A stretch of DNA of 64,000 nucleotides. Source: Octopus bimaculoides (lineage: Eukaryota). Below the pieces are notes generated by a model, which saw nothing but the letters and a program-made list of their open reading frames with translations, was not told the DNA's origin and did not search any database. Both the position numbers and the translations under genes were made by a program. Each line of letters starts with the position of its first letter. The first letter of the stretch is position 1. This document shows positions 25,200 to 36,867 of the stretch, in pieces. The DNA lies in the NCBI RefSeq assembly GCF_001194135.2, contig NC_068983.1:116692247-116756246 (forward strand), in the 5' to 3' direction.

Positions 25200-26111
25200 T
25201 ACGAGGAGGTGCCCCAAAGTAACCGGAAACATTCTCTGTGGGACAAACCCGTTGTAGTTCAGGATTTGGCTCCTAGAGGCCAGTTGATGCGACCTTCAGA
25301 AATCAGTCTGCCGACTGGCGATGTCGGATGATGTACTGCTACGTGGAGCGTCTTTGTTTTGCAGTGCTTCTCCTCAGTTCGTCGATTTTTGCGATGGCTG
25401 CAACGAAGGAGCAGCGTGTTTTCGTTAAATTCGTTTTTCTACTGGGGAAAACGGTGGCCGAAACAGTCGACATTCTTCAAACAGGTTGCAAGGACGCTGC
25501 CATGAGCAAAACACAAGTTTACGAGTGGTTTTCACGCTTTAGGAATGGCCACTCGTCGCTTGAAGACCAACCTCGTTTAGGATGACTATCGACCTCTCGA
25601 ACGAATGAGAACATGAAAATACGTTAACTGATATTGGAATACCGTCCAATAATAATAACTGACGAATTTATTGATGACAAATGTGTCCTGGAATTCCTGC
25701 CGATGAATTTTGAGCGAGGAATTGCGAATAAAAAGAGTTGAAGCAAACTTTGTTCCTCGCTTGCTCAAGGAAGATCAAATGTAGTCACAACTGAATGCGT
25801 CTTGTAAAATGAAAGAACAGTTAGAAGTTGATCCGGACCTTTTTTCGAAGGTCATCACTGGTGACGAAAGACGAAAGCTGGTGCTACGGAGTTAGCTGAT
25901 GTGGAAGAGGTGAAGAAATAAACAATGGAAGCATTAAAAGGCATCACTTTGCAAGAGTTCCAGCACTGCTTCGAAAAGTGGAAAATGCGCCTGGACCGAT
26001 GCATTGCTTCAAATGGAGAATACTTTGAAGGCGATGAAAGTGTAAACATGTAAAACTAAGTGAATAAAATAATAGTGCAAAATTCCGGATTCGTTTGGGT
26101 ACCCCCTCGTA
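25200..26111 (+). mobile_element. Internally deleted mariner transposon
   Basis: TIRs tacgaggaggtgccccaaagtaaccggaa and ttccggattcgtttgggtaccccctcgta, with TA ends. N-terminal HTH EQRVFVKFVFLLGKTVAETV...VYEWFSRFRNG and C-terminal EFQHCFEKWKMRLDRCIASNGEYFEG. The catalytic region after VTGDE is missing. Confidence 0.92.
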
Positions 26112-26277
26112 ATTTGAGGTAACTGCTACAAGTTTCTGAAGACCAGCGCTTGACTACGTAGCGATGTGATGATTTGTATGTAGTTACAAGAATACATATA
26201 AAGAATAAGAAATTCATTTACAATGCTATAGAGCTAAACGATGAATTACCTGTTTTCCTTCAGAAAAAGGAGAGAAG

Positions 26278-26279
<2 letters not shown>

Positions 26280-26308
<29 letters not shown>

Positions 26309-26320
26309 TAGATAGATAGT

Positions 26321-26380
<60 letters not shown>
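26280..26380. repeat. (TAGA)n microsatellite
   Basis: Direct reading. Confidence 0.97.
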
Positions 26381-27985
26381 GAGTTGGTCGCTGTTGGTAC
26401 AACATTTATTATAGCGTTATTGTCATGCATGACTGACCAATCAGATCTATGACCCAAAGACACTTCAGCTATGTCCCCCCCGATTTTTCAGATACAGTTG
26501 TATTCTTGGATCACATGATTGAATGTGATGGCTTTAAAAGTGTAGGATTTTGGATTTGGAGAAAATTAGACTTTTATTTCTAGCGGAATAAGGGACATCA
26601 TTGTCTTGAAAGAGGCTATTTTTGGCAAAGGGAGAAGAAACAGGTGCGAGAGGGAGATGAACAATACAGGTGAGGATTGATGAAGGCAAGAGGAAATTCT
26701 GACGGGGTAATGAGATGAGGTTGAAAGTGAGACTGTAGACGTGAGAGAAATCTGTAACAGTCATTTTATTTTCTAATCAATTCTTGATATTAAGTTAGGC
26801 TGTCAGATTGTTGAAACTTGTCTTTCCGTCATAAACTCTATGGAAACTGTGTACTAAGAGATGAAGCTAGTTAAAAAAAAATTAATAAACATATTTTGGT
26901 TTTCACAGAATAAGGAACTAATTTACGGTTTCATTTGTGACTTTTACTCTTCCCTGTATATCGAGTGTATATAGCATTCATATTTCCTGGATATATTTGT
27001 CTTTTATTTACGCCGAAATTACGAACCAAGCTCATATATACTCTGTACAGATGACACAGCAGTAGTGAATAATCGACTAGTAAAGAAAAAGTATAAAACC
27101 ATTGTTGAATAATATACTGAAGTTTTGCATATAACGGAATGAATTCATAACTCTCTACAGGATTAGCAAATGCCTGTGCTGTTAGGAAGTTCTGAGAGGT
27201 TAGTTCTACTTCTCATTTACTGCAAACAGCTGCTCACTTCCATCTCAACTATTTCACTTTTTTGCTTTCTTTATTTTCCTTCCTGTCATTTTGTATGTTT
27301 GTTGGTATTCTTTATCTCTAATATCACCACAGCGTCTCTAATCCCCATTATTGCTTTAAAGATGTATAATTTAGTAACATAACTTGAAATAAGATTATCA
27401 ATTTTGCATTTCTGAAAAAAATTTTTGTTTTTCTATTTACACGAGCAGAAGAAAATCATTCAGCGAATTTACAGTTAAAATAGTAAAAAAAAAAAACCCC
27501 CCCAAAAAGTGGAAACAACACCAAAGAAAAGTAAAAAGAATAAATCTGAAGTGCATAGACATTTGTTGTAATTATTTTCATTTTGGATTATATTTTATTG
27601 CCGACTGAGTTTAAAATATCTTATTAAGTATTTGATAGTTTAATGATATTGATTTGGAAGGTGTCATCGATATTATTTCACGGGAAAAAATATTATATTC
27701 CCAAATGTTTAGAGATTTCTTAATCACATAAGGGCTGTCAACCATATATAATCTTTATTATATGAACGTCACTGAGAACAAATGAAATCTGACAAAGGAT
27801 GTTATTGACAAGTTAATGGAAGAAATTCTTCTTCCATAGTTTTCGTTTTTTACATTAAACCCTTCAAATACATGTCTCTTTGTTTCTGTTTGTATCTCTG
27901 CCATTCACAATTCTCTGACTGTCCATGTTTTTCCCTCTCTTGTATATCCATCCACCTATCCATCCACACACACGCACACACATGC

Positions 27986-28018
<33 letters not shown>

Positions 28019-28127
28019 TGTATGTATGTATGTATGTATGTTGTGTATATAACACATTATTCTGAAGCATATGTATATTGAATTCTAACACAACAGATTA
28101 TTAGTGTCACTATGCTTAAGTGAAATA

Positions 28128-28172
<45 letters not shown>

Positions 28173-28289
28173 TTAGATATGTTTCGACCACAGATTGGGG
28201 CAGGCCATGTCTAACTTAATAACACTGCCTCATAGGATTATCTAAATCCTTTTAAAGTCAAGTTTTGCTTATGGTCCATTCAAGTAGTG

Positions 28290-29135
28290 AGTTCTTGTTG
28301 AGTGAGTTCTATCCAGGTATGGGTGGCTTATCCAGTATTCCTTGAAAAAAATCTGTCCAGACTCCGTTTAAAGCTGATGGGATCCTTTTCCTCTTAGCAG
28401 GACAATGTTAAACAGAGCAGGGCCGGTTGAGGAAAACAAAATATGCCGCAGTGTACCTATATGTTGTGATTCTGAATTGGGCAGAGGACGTATGACCCGT
28501 GGTCCAAGCCTTGGATGAACCTTGAAACTAATATTCAGGTCGTTTGGGAAATGCTGGCGGTATATTCTCCACATCGTACAGATGATGTGCTGCTCGCGGC
28601 GGCGCTGGAGAGAGTAGAGCTTCAAAGCTTTAAGGCGGTCCCACTAACCGAGATCAGTCATGCCTTCAGTTCGTTTAGTGAGTGCCCTCTGGGGTGATTC
28701 AATAATCGAGATGTTTTGTTTTGTATGGGGAAACCACAAGGGGCAGCAGTATTCGAGGTGTGGCCGTACAAAGGAGGAGAAAAGTGTAATGATGACACCT
28801 CGTTCTTTGGATCGGAAGATTCTTAAGATCTGGGAGCTCATCCTACGAGCTATATTGACCTTATTGCTGATGTGGGCACTCCAATTGAGATTGTTATCAA
28901 CAATTACACCCAGGTATCTGATATTATTAGATGCCGTGAGCGGTTCCCCTGAAGGAAGAGAGTATGGCTGTTTTAGTATAGACTTTCTTCCAAAATGCAT
29001 CAGCTCAAATTTTCCCTCGTTCAGTTGCATTTTGTTTTTGTCTGCCCATTGACTCACAGCGTATAGATCAGTCTTCTTCATTGATGATTTGCTGGAGCTT
29101 AGTGTCATCAGCAAATATTTTCACTTTGCAGTGAT
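28290..29135 (-). mobile_element. CR1-clade LINE, 3' part of reverse transcriptase
   Basis: KVKIFADDTKL, WADKNKMQLNEGKFELMHFG, RYLGVIVDNNLNWSAHI, FVRPHLEYCCPLWFPH, LKLYSLQRRRE. Confidence 0.92.
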
Positions 29136-29336
29136 TTACGACGCTGGAAAGGTCATCTATCTATATACATCTTTATCCTTTTATCGTTTTAATAGTTTCA
29201 GCCATTGAACTNNNNNNNNNNNNNNNNNNNNNNNNNNNNNNNNNNNNNNNNNNNNNNNNNNNNNNNNNNNNNNNNNNNNNNNNNNNNNNNNNNNNNNNNN
29301 NNNNNNNNNNNNNNNNACAGGAAGGACAACAAAAGA

Positions 29337-29725
29337 AAGAAGACCTCGATATTATGTAAATAGAGGAATTTATCAGTAAAAATGTGTGACACTTATTCGG
29401 TAGCCATGATAAAAGTCTGTGTGTGTTTCAAGCCAGGGTGGTTTAGTATATAAATATAGGCGAATGTATGGATTGGTGCGCTTATGCGAACACTATAGAC
29501 TTCTCTACTCCCTTACTTTTACCCCCTCCCCTTACTTAGCGATCTATAGCTCTTTTGTCTTAATAACGGTCAACCACACAGTAATTTACCTTTGTTTAAC
29601 GGTCATTTTTCACAGGAATTTTCAATGGCCGAATAACTGAAGAGATGTTGGCGTGGGTTCCCACCTCGGCATCCGAAACTCGGAGTTTTATCGTGGCTAC
29701 CGAATAAGTGTCACATATTTTTACA
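29337..29725. mobile_element. Inverted (divergent) pair of HHR-associated PLE/retrozyme termini
   Basis: 29383-29414 is the reverse complement (1-2 mismatches) of 29686-29717. The left copy runs leftward into a gap and the right copy carries the HHR. Confidence 0.65.
29626..29700 (+). ncRNA. Minimal type I hammerhead ribozyme (PLE/retrozyme type)
   Basis: Stem I AUAA(29633-36)/UUAU(29688-91); core CUGAAGA (29637-43); stem II GAUGUUG/CGGCAUC with inner GUGG-GUUC-CCAC hairpin; CGAAA (29674-78); short quasi-palindromic stem III ACUCGGAGU; cleavage triplet GUU (after 29687). There is a one-nt bulge next to the core. Confidence 0.72.
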
Positions 29726-32080
29726 GATATATATATACATATGCGTATATTTTATACACACCCACATACACTCCACCATATATATATGTTGTCGTACACA
29801 TTCGCTTGCTTTCTCCCAAAATATCTAGCGCTCTTAATAACTGGTGTCTTTCGACTAATAGAGATGAATCAAGTTGAGCTGGCGCGTATAGAGTGAAAGC
29901 TTTGAGGCAGGAACATAAGAGATGAGCATAAGAGATGAAAGTCATAAGACAGGAATATAAGAGATGCTTCGCGGCCGGCAGTCGAGCCAAGAAAGAAAGA
30001 ACATGCATAGTTACGTTGAAGGAAAGGTGAGAGGTAGGAGCAGAGGGATTGAGGAATTAGGGAGAGGACGAGAAAGAGAGAAAATCAAAGGGACATAGAA
30101 AGGTACAAGGGAGATAAACGAGGAAAAGTAGGTAGATTAAAAAGGAGAACGCCAAGAAATGTAAGAAAGGGGGAACGAGTAAAAGAAAAGAGGACAGAAA
30201 GAAGTACGGGGGGAACTAAAAGAAAGAGTTGTACAGAATTTACTTACTTACAAGGTGAGCAAAAGTGTACATACGCCGCTATATGTATATATAATTTTAA
30301 AAAATGGAACAAGAACGCAACAGACGACAATAAGACACCCGGTCAAATAGACGATACAAAGACAGGAAAAATAACAAAGACGTGTCATTCGTGGCCTTCT
30401 CCCCTCAGTCAAGTTTCCAGATTATCCTTACAGTTTCGGTTGGTTACACTTGAGGCTGTAAGAGCAACAAATATTTTAGGAGAAAGCAAGCGAATGTGTA
30501 CGATAACAGAGACAAAGAAAAAAACGAAAAAAGCGGAGAAAATATTACAAAATACAAACAAGAAAGTAACAGGTGTCTTTCAACTTTTAGAGACGAATCG
30601 AGTTGAGCTGGTATGTGTAGAGTAAAAGCCTTATATATATATATATATATATNNNNNNNNNNNNNNNNNNNNNNNNNNNNNNNNNNNNNNNNNNNNNNNN
30701 NNNNNNNNNNNNNNNNNNNNNNNNNNNNNNNNNNNNNNNNNNNNNNNNNNNNNNNNNNNNNNNNNNNNNNNNNNNNNNNNNNNNNNNNNNNNNNNNNNNN
30801 NNNNNNNNNNNNNNNNNNNNNNNNNNNNNNNNNNNNNNNNNNNNNNNNNNNNNNNNNNNNNNNNNNNNNNNNNNNNNNNNNNNNNNNNNNNNNNNNNNNN
30901 NNNNNNNNNNNNNNNNNNNNNNNNNNNNNNNNNNNNNNNNNNNNNNNNNNNGCATATCTTTCAACAGATAGAGTGAGTCTTGAGGTTATAGTACATGACT
31001 TTAAACATTAATCAGTAAATAAAAAGAGATCTTCCAATGAATTTAGGGAAAGGAGAGCTGGCTCTCAGTATAAGGGAAATAAAAGGAACCAATTAGATGA
31101 ACGCGTGCACACACACATACAGTCTCATAAACGTGTTTGAATGCTTGGGTAAATGTAGATGAGTGTGTATGTGTGTGAGTGTGTGTTTGTGTTTGTGTGT
31201 GTGTGTGTTTGTGTGTTTGTGTGTGTGCGTGTGTGTATGCATAACTTAGGATAACAGACGTGATCATAGTCACACACATACATACGTACAGACGCTGGCA
31301 CACGTGCATAAAACACGTGCATAAAACATCTGAATTTTGTTCGCAAAATTTTGTTTCATATCTTCAGCCTTAAAAAATCATTGGCGCAGACGTGGCTATA
31401 CGGTAAAATGATTGCTCCCTAACCACACGGTCCCAGATTCAGTCCTACTGCGTGTCACCTTGGTCAAGTATCTTCCATTATTGTTCGATCCCATCTACAA
31501 CATTATGGGTATGTAATGCAGTAAATCATATTGAACCGGAGTTCATACTTGCATTAATTTTGAATTCATTCTTTCCCAGATGCACAGACATTTAAGCTTC
31601 AAAGAAGCAGGCAGACTGTGGCGAAGCGTTGCCTTACTTTGTGCTGTAGCTGATGAGGGAGGCTCAATGACTTCTACCGACTGAAACAGCCCGTAGCGAA
31701 CTTCTTTATGCCAATTGAGACCGATGTTATAACACGTAATTGTTACCTCCTGTGTTCCATTCTTCTGTAAAAATGAAGCCATATCAACGTGGAAAGGATA
31801 GAAAGAGAAATAGATATAGAGAGGTGGGAGTGGGAAAAGTGCGAAAGTGATTGAGAAAGAGTATGAAGAACGTGTGAGGTTCTTTCTATGAGGATTATTG
31901 CTTACTTATTCGTCATGACCTTTCTCTTGACCTCATCGGTGTCACCCACAGGAAGCAAATGGGAGACCGCTGTACCAATTTGATTGTGGGATTTTCTAAA
32001 AAGCAAATGTTGAATATATGCCTTTTAATGCTTACAGGAGTATTCAAATGTTTGTGTCAGGGCTTGTTTGTCTTAGTTTC

Positions 32081-32147
32081 CTACTATTTCCAGCACTCCT
32101 ACTATTTCCAGCACTCCTACTATTTCCAGCACTCCTACTATTTCCAG
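32081..32147. repeat. 18-bp tandem repeat, 3.7 copies
   Basis: ctactatttccagcactc, perfect copies. Confidence 0.95.
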
Positions 32148-32865
32148 AAAGCAAGAAGGCAATTAGGTTCATAATTGAAGTTCTCATGATGGCTATTAAG
32201 TTGTGATCCTGTTTCGGTTGCCTACAAGCCACATATGTGGCAAAGAAGAACACCGAGACCTTTGCACGTTCATCCTAAGTAGGGACACTAATTACTGCGC
32301 ATTATTACTAAAGATATTAACAAGAAACAGTTTCTGGAGAGGCTAAGTACAGGGCTGCGGGGAACCTATGTTTCAACGTTGAAAGATCAAGGCATGAGGT
32401 TAAACAAAATGCAAATAACTCCACTGATACGCGGGATGCAATACACAGCAGCAAACTAACAACACTGATGTAGGCAGAGCCGAGTGGCTAACAAGGTCAC
32501 TTCAAGATCACAAGACTTTGAGTTTGATTCGAAAACGTGTTACCTTGTGTGTATGCTTACAATCCGCTGACTATATCCAAGCCTTGTGAGACAAACTGGA
32601 TAGGATGTAACTGCATGGATTACACCTTCGAGCTTTATCACATGTGAAGTCTTGTCACATATCCCTCGTAGATTCAGCCAGGTAATCACTTTAATGGTAC
32701 TGGTACGAGTGTCTGTGGCGCTCTCAGCCATATTTATGTCAATTTTAAGAGTTTGTAGTTAAGTTGATCGGACAACTGAATATTCCTTCTTGAAACCGGC
32801 CGTAGATCCATTATACAGACCCCTCTCTCTCTCTCTCTCTCACACACACACTCACACACTATTCT

Positions 32866-32907
<42 letters not shown>

Positions 32908-32992
32908 TCTTTCTTTCTCTTATATATGTGTATGTATGTTTGTGCTTACGCCCCGGTCTAAAGAACTNNNNNNNNNNGAGTCGCTTTATGTA

Positions 32993-33257
32993 TAGATGAA
33001 TAAATGCGCCCTTTTAAAGCCTACCCAGGCTCATCGGCTCGGTTTCCCGGTTTCAATGGCGTATGTGTTCCCCAGCTGGACGGGACGCCACTCCATTGCA
33101 GCGTTACTCATTTTTGCTAGCTGAGTGGACCGGAGCAACGTGAAATGAAGTGTTTTGCTCAAGAACACAACGCGTCGCTCGGTCCAGGAATCGAAACCAT
33201 ATCACGATCATGATCATGATGCTGACACCCTATCCACTAAGCCACGCGCCTCCACTC
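32993..33257 (-). mobile_element. tRNA-derived SINE family C with 13-bp target-site duplication
   Basis: Minus-strand head tggaggcgcgtggcttagtgg...ggtttcgattcc. Flanked by identical gtcgctttatgta at 32980-32992 and 33258-33270. A related partial copy lies at about 44060-44270. Confidence 0.85.
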
Positions 33258-33300
33258 GTCGCTTTATGTACCATACTTTAAAGTAAGACAAATAATAATA

Positions 33301-33481
33301 CTTGTTTTAATCATTGAACAGCGGCCATGCTGGGGCAGCAGCACTTATGCTTTTTTAAGCGTGATACGTATTCTATCGGTTTCTTTAGGCAAATCGCAAT
33401 ATTTCGGGGACTCAAACAAACCAACGCCGGTTGTGAAGCGGTGGAGTGAGATAGAACATATAGACACACATATAGGTACAC

Positions 33482-33529
<48 letters not shown>

Positions 33530-33697
33530 ACACACACACATTTCAGTTTCCATCTACCAACTCCATTGACAAGCCTTGGGCGGCCCGTGTAGAAGACACT
33601 TGTCCATGCAGTAGAAGACACTTGTCATGCAGTATTACTGAACCCGGAACCATGTAGTTTGGAGGCGAACTTCTTACCATACAGCCACGCCTGCGCC
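33301..33697 (-). mobile_element. tRNA-derived SINE family B copy
   Basis: The reverse complement has the head ggcgcaggcgtggctgtatggtaag and the family-B tail. Confidence 0.85.
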
Positions 33698-34310
33698 TGA
33701 TATTAGCAGACTAAAACAACTACAATGATTGATCTGTTTAACTAAAAGCTTTGAAGGTATTGCTTCATTATGGCCGTAGTCCAATGGCTGAAACCAGTAA
33801 AAATGAAAGAATAAACGATAATTCAGAAGAAGGAAGATTGAGTGAATAACTCGGTATCTATTAGTAAATGCTGGTAGGTGGAGATATGTTGCTAGCAACT
33901 TTGAGATAGAACAAATAACGTTTGATAAATGTAAAAATATCGTTAGTTCACAGGAAGCAGTTAAAATACACAATGCCTCAATGGATATTTTGTACGAGAA
34001 ACAAACCTGAAAACATAATGTCTTATGAAAATAGCAGCCCAGTCTTCACTATCAAATCAGACTGCACCGTTTTAAATATAGAAAACATTCGATAATGCAA
34101 TCTTTGTCTTACTAGTTTCAGAGTACGAAATAGGATGGTGAAGGGAGAATACCTTAGGGATAAACAATAAAAACATTCAAAGCTTCTTGGATGAGGTCAC
34201 ACGATCTTTTTATTGGATATAAGGATAACATAGATGATGGTGATGATAACGATAATAATGATGAGGAAGACGAGGAAGTCGATGACTATGATCAACATTA
34301 CCATGATAAT

Positions 34311-34316
34311 GATGAC

Positions 34317-34377
<61 letters not shown>
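34311..34377. repeat. (GAT)n microsatellite
   Basis: Direct reading; explains the poly-Asp ORF. Confidence 0.97.
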
Positions 34378-35559
34378 TTTATGTTGAGAGGGTGACGGGA
34401 GTAGTAGTGCTAGAAGAGAAGATGGTAGTTAGTCAGGAGCAAATAGCAGGCTGTTGATGATGAAATGGCAAACAATACCATTGACATTGTGACTGGTTTA
34501 TATATAAACGTAACTTGTGGCTAGAATTATTGACCAGTTTATTGACCGATGTTAAGTAGTTACTCTCTAAGGTTGCCCGTTCCAGCTTCATTGTATTTTT
34601 CCGTGTTCAGTATACCTAATCAATACTGACAGCCTCAATATATATAGAGCACAGAGAAATAAAAATAAAACAGCTTTTAAATGTGATTGTGACCTTGTTG
34701 AATTTTTCTGTCAGACTAGTTTAAAGTGAAGGACTATCTGGCAAAAGAATAAACTAATGCAAATGAGTATTTTTTATTGATTCGATTACTATATTGTACA
34801 GCGAACAGGTGAGTCTGAAGACTCTCCGTTAAGCATTGTAATATAGATGTAACTTTTGCTTTGTCAAAAGGGAATCGCTGTTGCATTTATAACTGTGTGC
34901 TACAGAAAGTCACTTTGGGATCATGTTTTTCAAAGTTTGATCTCACAGCACAGTATTTTGTGTAACAGTTTATTCGATAATTTCCTATTAACTATTATGA
35001 TTGCTGACAAAAACTTTGAAGCAGCATATCGGCAATTCAGTTCATCTCTAACTCGGTTCATGTACGTGATAATGATAAGCCACAAAAGTGGAGAAACATC
35101 GATGTTCATCGCTCTAGGCTATGAGTTTCCAGGCTAAGGTTTCAGGTGTTTCAACACTAGGCGCTTTCAGAGAATAGGAACTTTGAGAGACTCATTCCCA
35201 CCGAGTTGAACTGCAGCCTGTCGGTGAAAAAGCTAAGCGTATGCATTGACTATGTGTAGTCGATAATGTTTACCATATTAGCGCTGCCCCTACTTCATAT
35301 TTGAATTTATTCTCATGTATTGATCGTCGTAGAATATCAGCAAATGGTTTTTACACTATTTGTATATAACCATAGACTGGCGATTCAGTTCATCTCCCAT
35401 TGGGTTTAGGTATGTGATATTGATAAGCCACAAAAATAGCGAAACATTGATGTTAATCACTTCTGAATGGGATTTGGGGCAAGTTATCTCAACTGTCTAG
35501 GACTTTCACTCGTTTTCACACCAGGCGCGAACAAGCGGAACACATACATTGAATATATA

Positions 35560-35615
<56 letters not shown>

Positions 35616-35890
35616 NNNNNNNNNNTAGGGAAAGGAGAGCTGGCTCTCAGTATAAGGGAAATAAAAGGAACCAATTAGATGAACGCGTGCACACACACAT
35701 ACAGTCTTATATATGTATATATATAATGGATAATAAAACGAATGGTGTACACCTGGTAGCTTACTGGTAAAGCACGGTCACTTTCAGAGTGATCATTAGG
35801 TAAATAACAAATGAAAGTTAGAAGATGGAATATACGAGAACATATTATTAATCACAACAATTGTTTCGACACATTTAACANNNNNNNNNN

Positions 35891-36410
35891 GGTAAATAAC
35901 AAATGAAAGTTAGAAGATGGAATATACGAGAGCATATTATTAATCACAACAATTGTTTCGACACATTTAACATCGACTCCTCTTGTGGGACACAAAAACT
36001 GGTTCAGGTGTATCCGGTGGTGCAGATGTATCACGTCGGATGATAAATAACTTTTAAAAACTCGTTAAAATGACTGTTCCATAATTCAACTTTCCGTTTT
36101 GTAGAGAGAAAAAAACAGCCAGACGGAGAAAAATTCTTCATATACATTGAAGATCCCGAAATAAAATTGCAGAAGACAATTTTTCTCTCTATTTTTCTCT
36201 CTACAACACAGATAGTTGAATTATGGGACAGCCATTTTAACGATTTTTAAAATTTATTTATCACTCGACGAGATATGTCTACACCACCGGATAATCCTGA
36301 ACCAGTTTTTGTGTGTCCCACAAGAGAAGTCGATCCTAGATGTGTCGAAATAATTGTTGTGATTAATAATATGTTCTCGTATATTCCATCTTCTGTCTTT
36401 CATTTGTTAT
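35891..36410. mobile_element. Foldback/MITE-like palindromic element
   Basis: Long imperfect inverted arms of about 215 bp (aacaaatgaaagttagaagatggaatatacgag... / ...ctcgtatattccatcttctgtcttttcatttgtt). A related fragment lies at about 15840-15910. Confidence 0.75.
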
Positions 36411-36506
36411 AAATATATACACATATACGCAGACATATATATGTATGTTTGTGTATGTATGTTTATATGTATGTATGTAGTATGCATGTATGTAATATAT
36501 ATATAT

Positions 36507-36867
36507 AAATTTTCAGAATGAGATAAAAATCCAAGAGTGTGAAAGATTTTAGAACATTTATAAATAAGTCTTATAGCTGTTTCCGGGATATTTTATATAT
36601 CCCTTCATCGAAGACGGTGTGAGAAAATGGTTAAGTAATAGTTATTTTAGATATGAAATATCCTTACATATCTCACGTGTATTTTCATTCCTCCACTTCA
36701 CTCTCTGTTTCATATCTTATCTAAAAAAACTATTGCTTAACCATTTTCTCACACCGTCTTCGATGGAGGTATATACAAAATATCCCGGAAACAGTTGTAA
36801 GCCCTTCTATTTATAAATGTTCTAAAATCTTTCACAACCTTGGATTTTTATTTCATTCTGAAAATTT
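36507..36867. mobile_element. MITE-like palindromic element whose two arms carry hammerhead-like motifs
   Basis: Inverted arms of about 150 bp (36507-36659 and 36708-36867). Each contains gtct-tcgatg(a/g)-agg(g/t)atat..atatcccg-gaaa-cag(c/t)t(a/g)-ta-ag. Confidence 0.7.

Noticed and set aside
28170-28230. Half-hammerhead relics (also about 16245-16290 and 15310-15340, all minus strand)
   Set aside because: Only the GAAA plus stem III side is recognisable and the CUGAnGA core is missing; too degenerate to call.
31044-35707. Identical 82-bp segments at 31044-31125 and 35626-35707
   Set aside because: The second copy starts exactly at a 10-N gap edge, so it is most likely a scaffolding or haplotype artefact.
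35802-35970. Apparent tandem duplication across the 10-N gap at 35881-35890
   Set aside because: Overlapping contig ends. The same applies to 43593-43653 vs 44401-44461 and to the gtgaaatttgtttacaggttttct copies at 43670 and 48879, all next to gaps.
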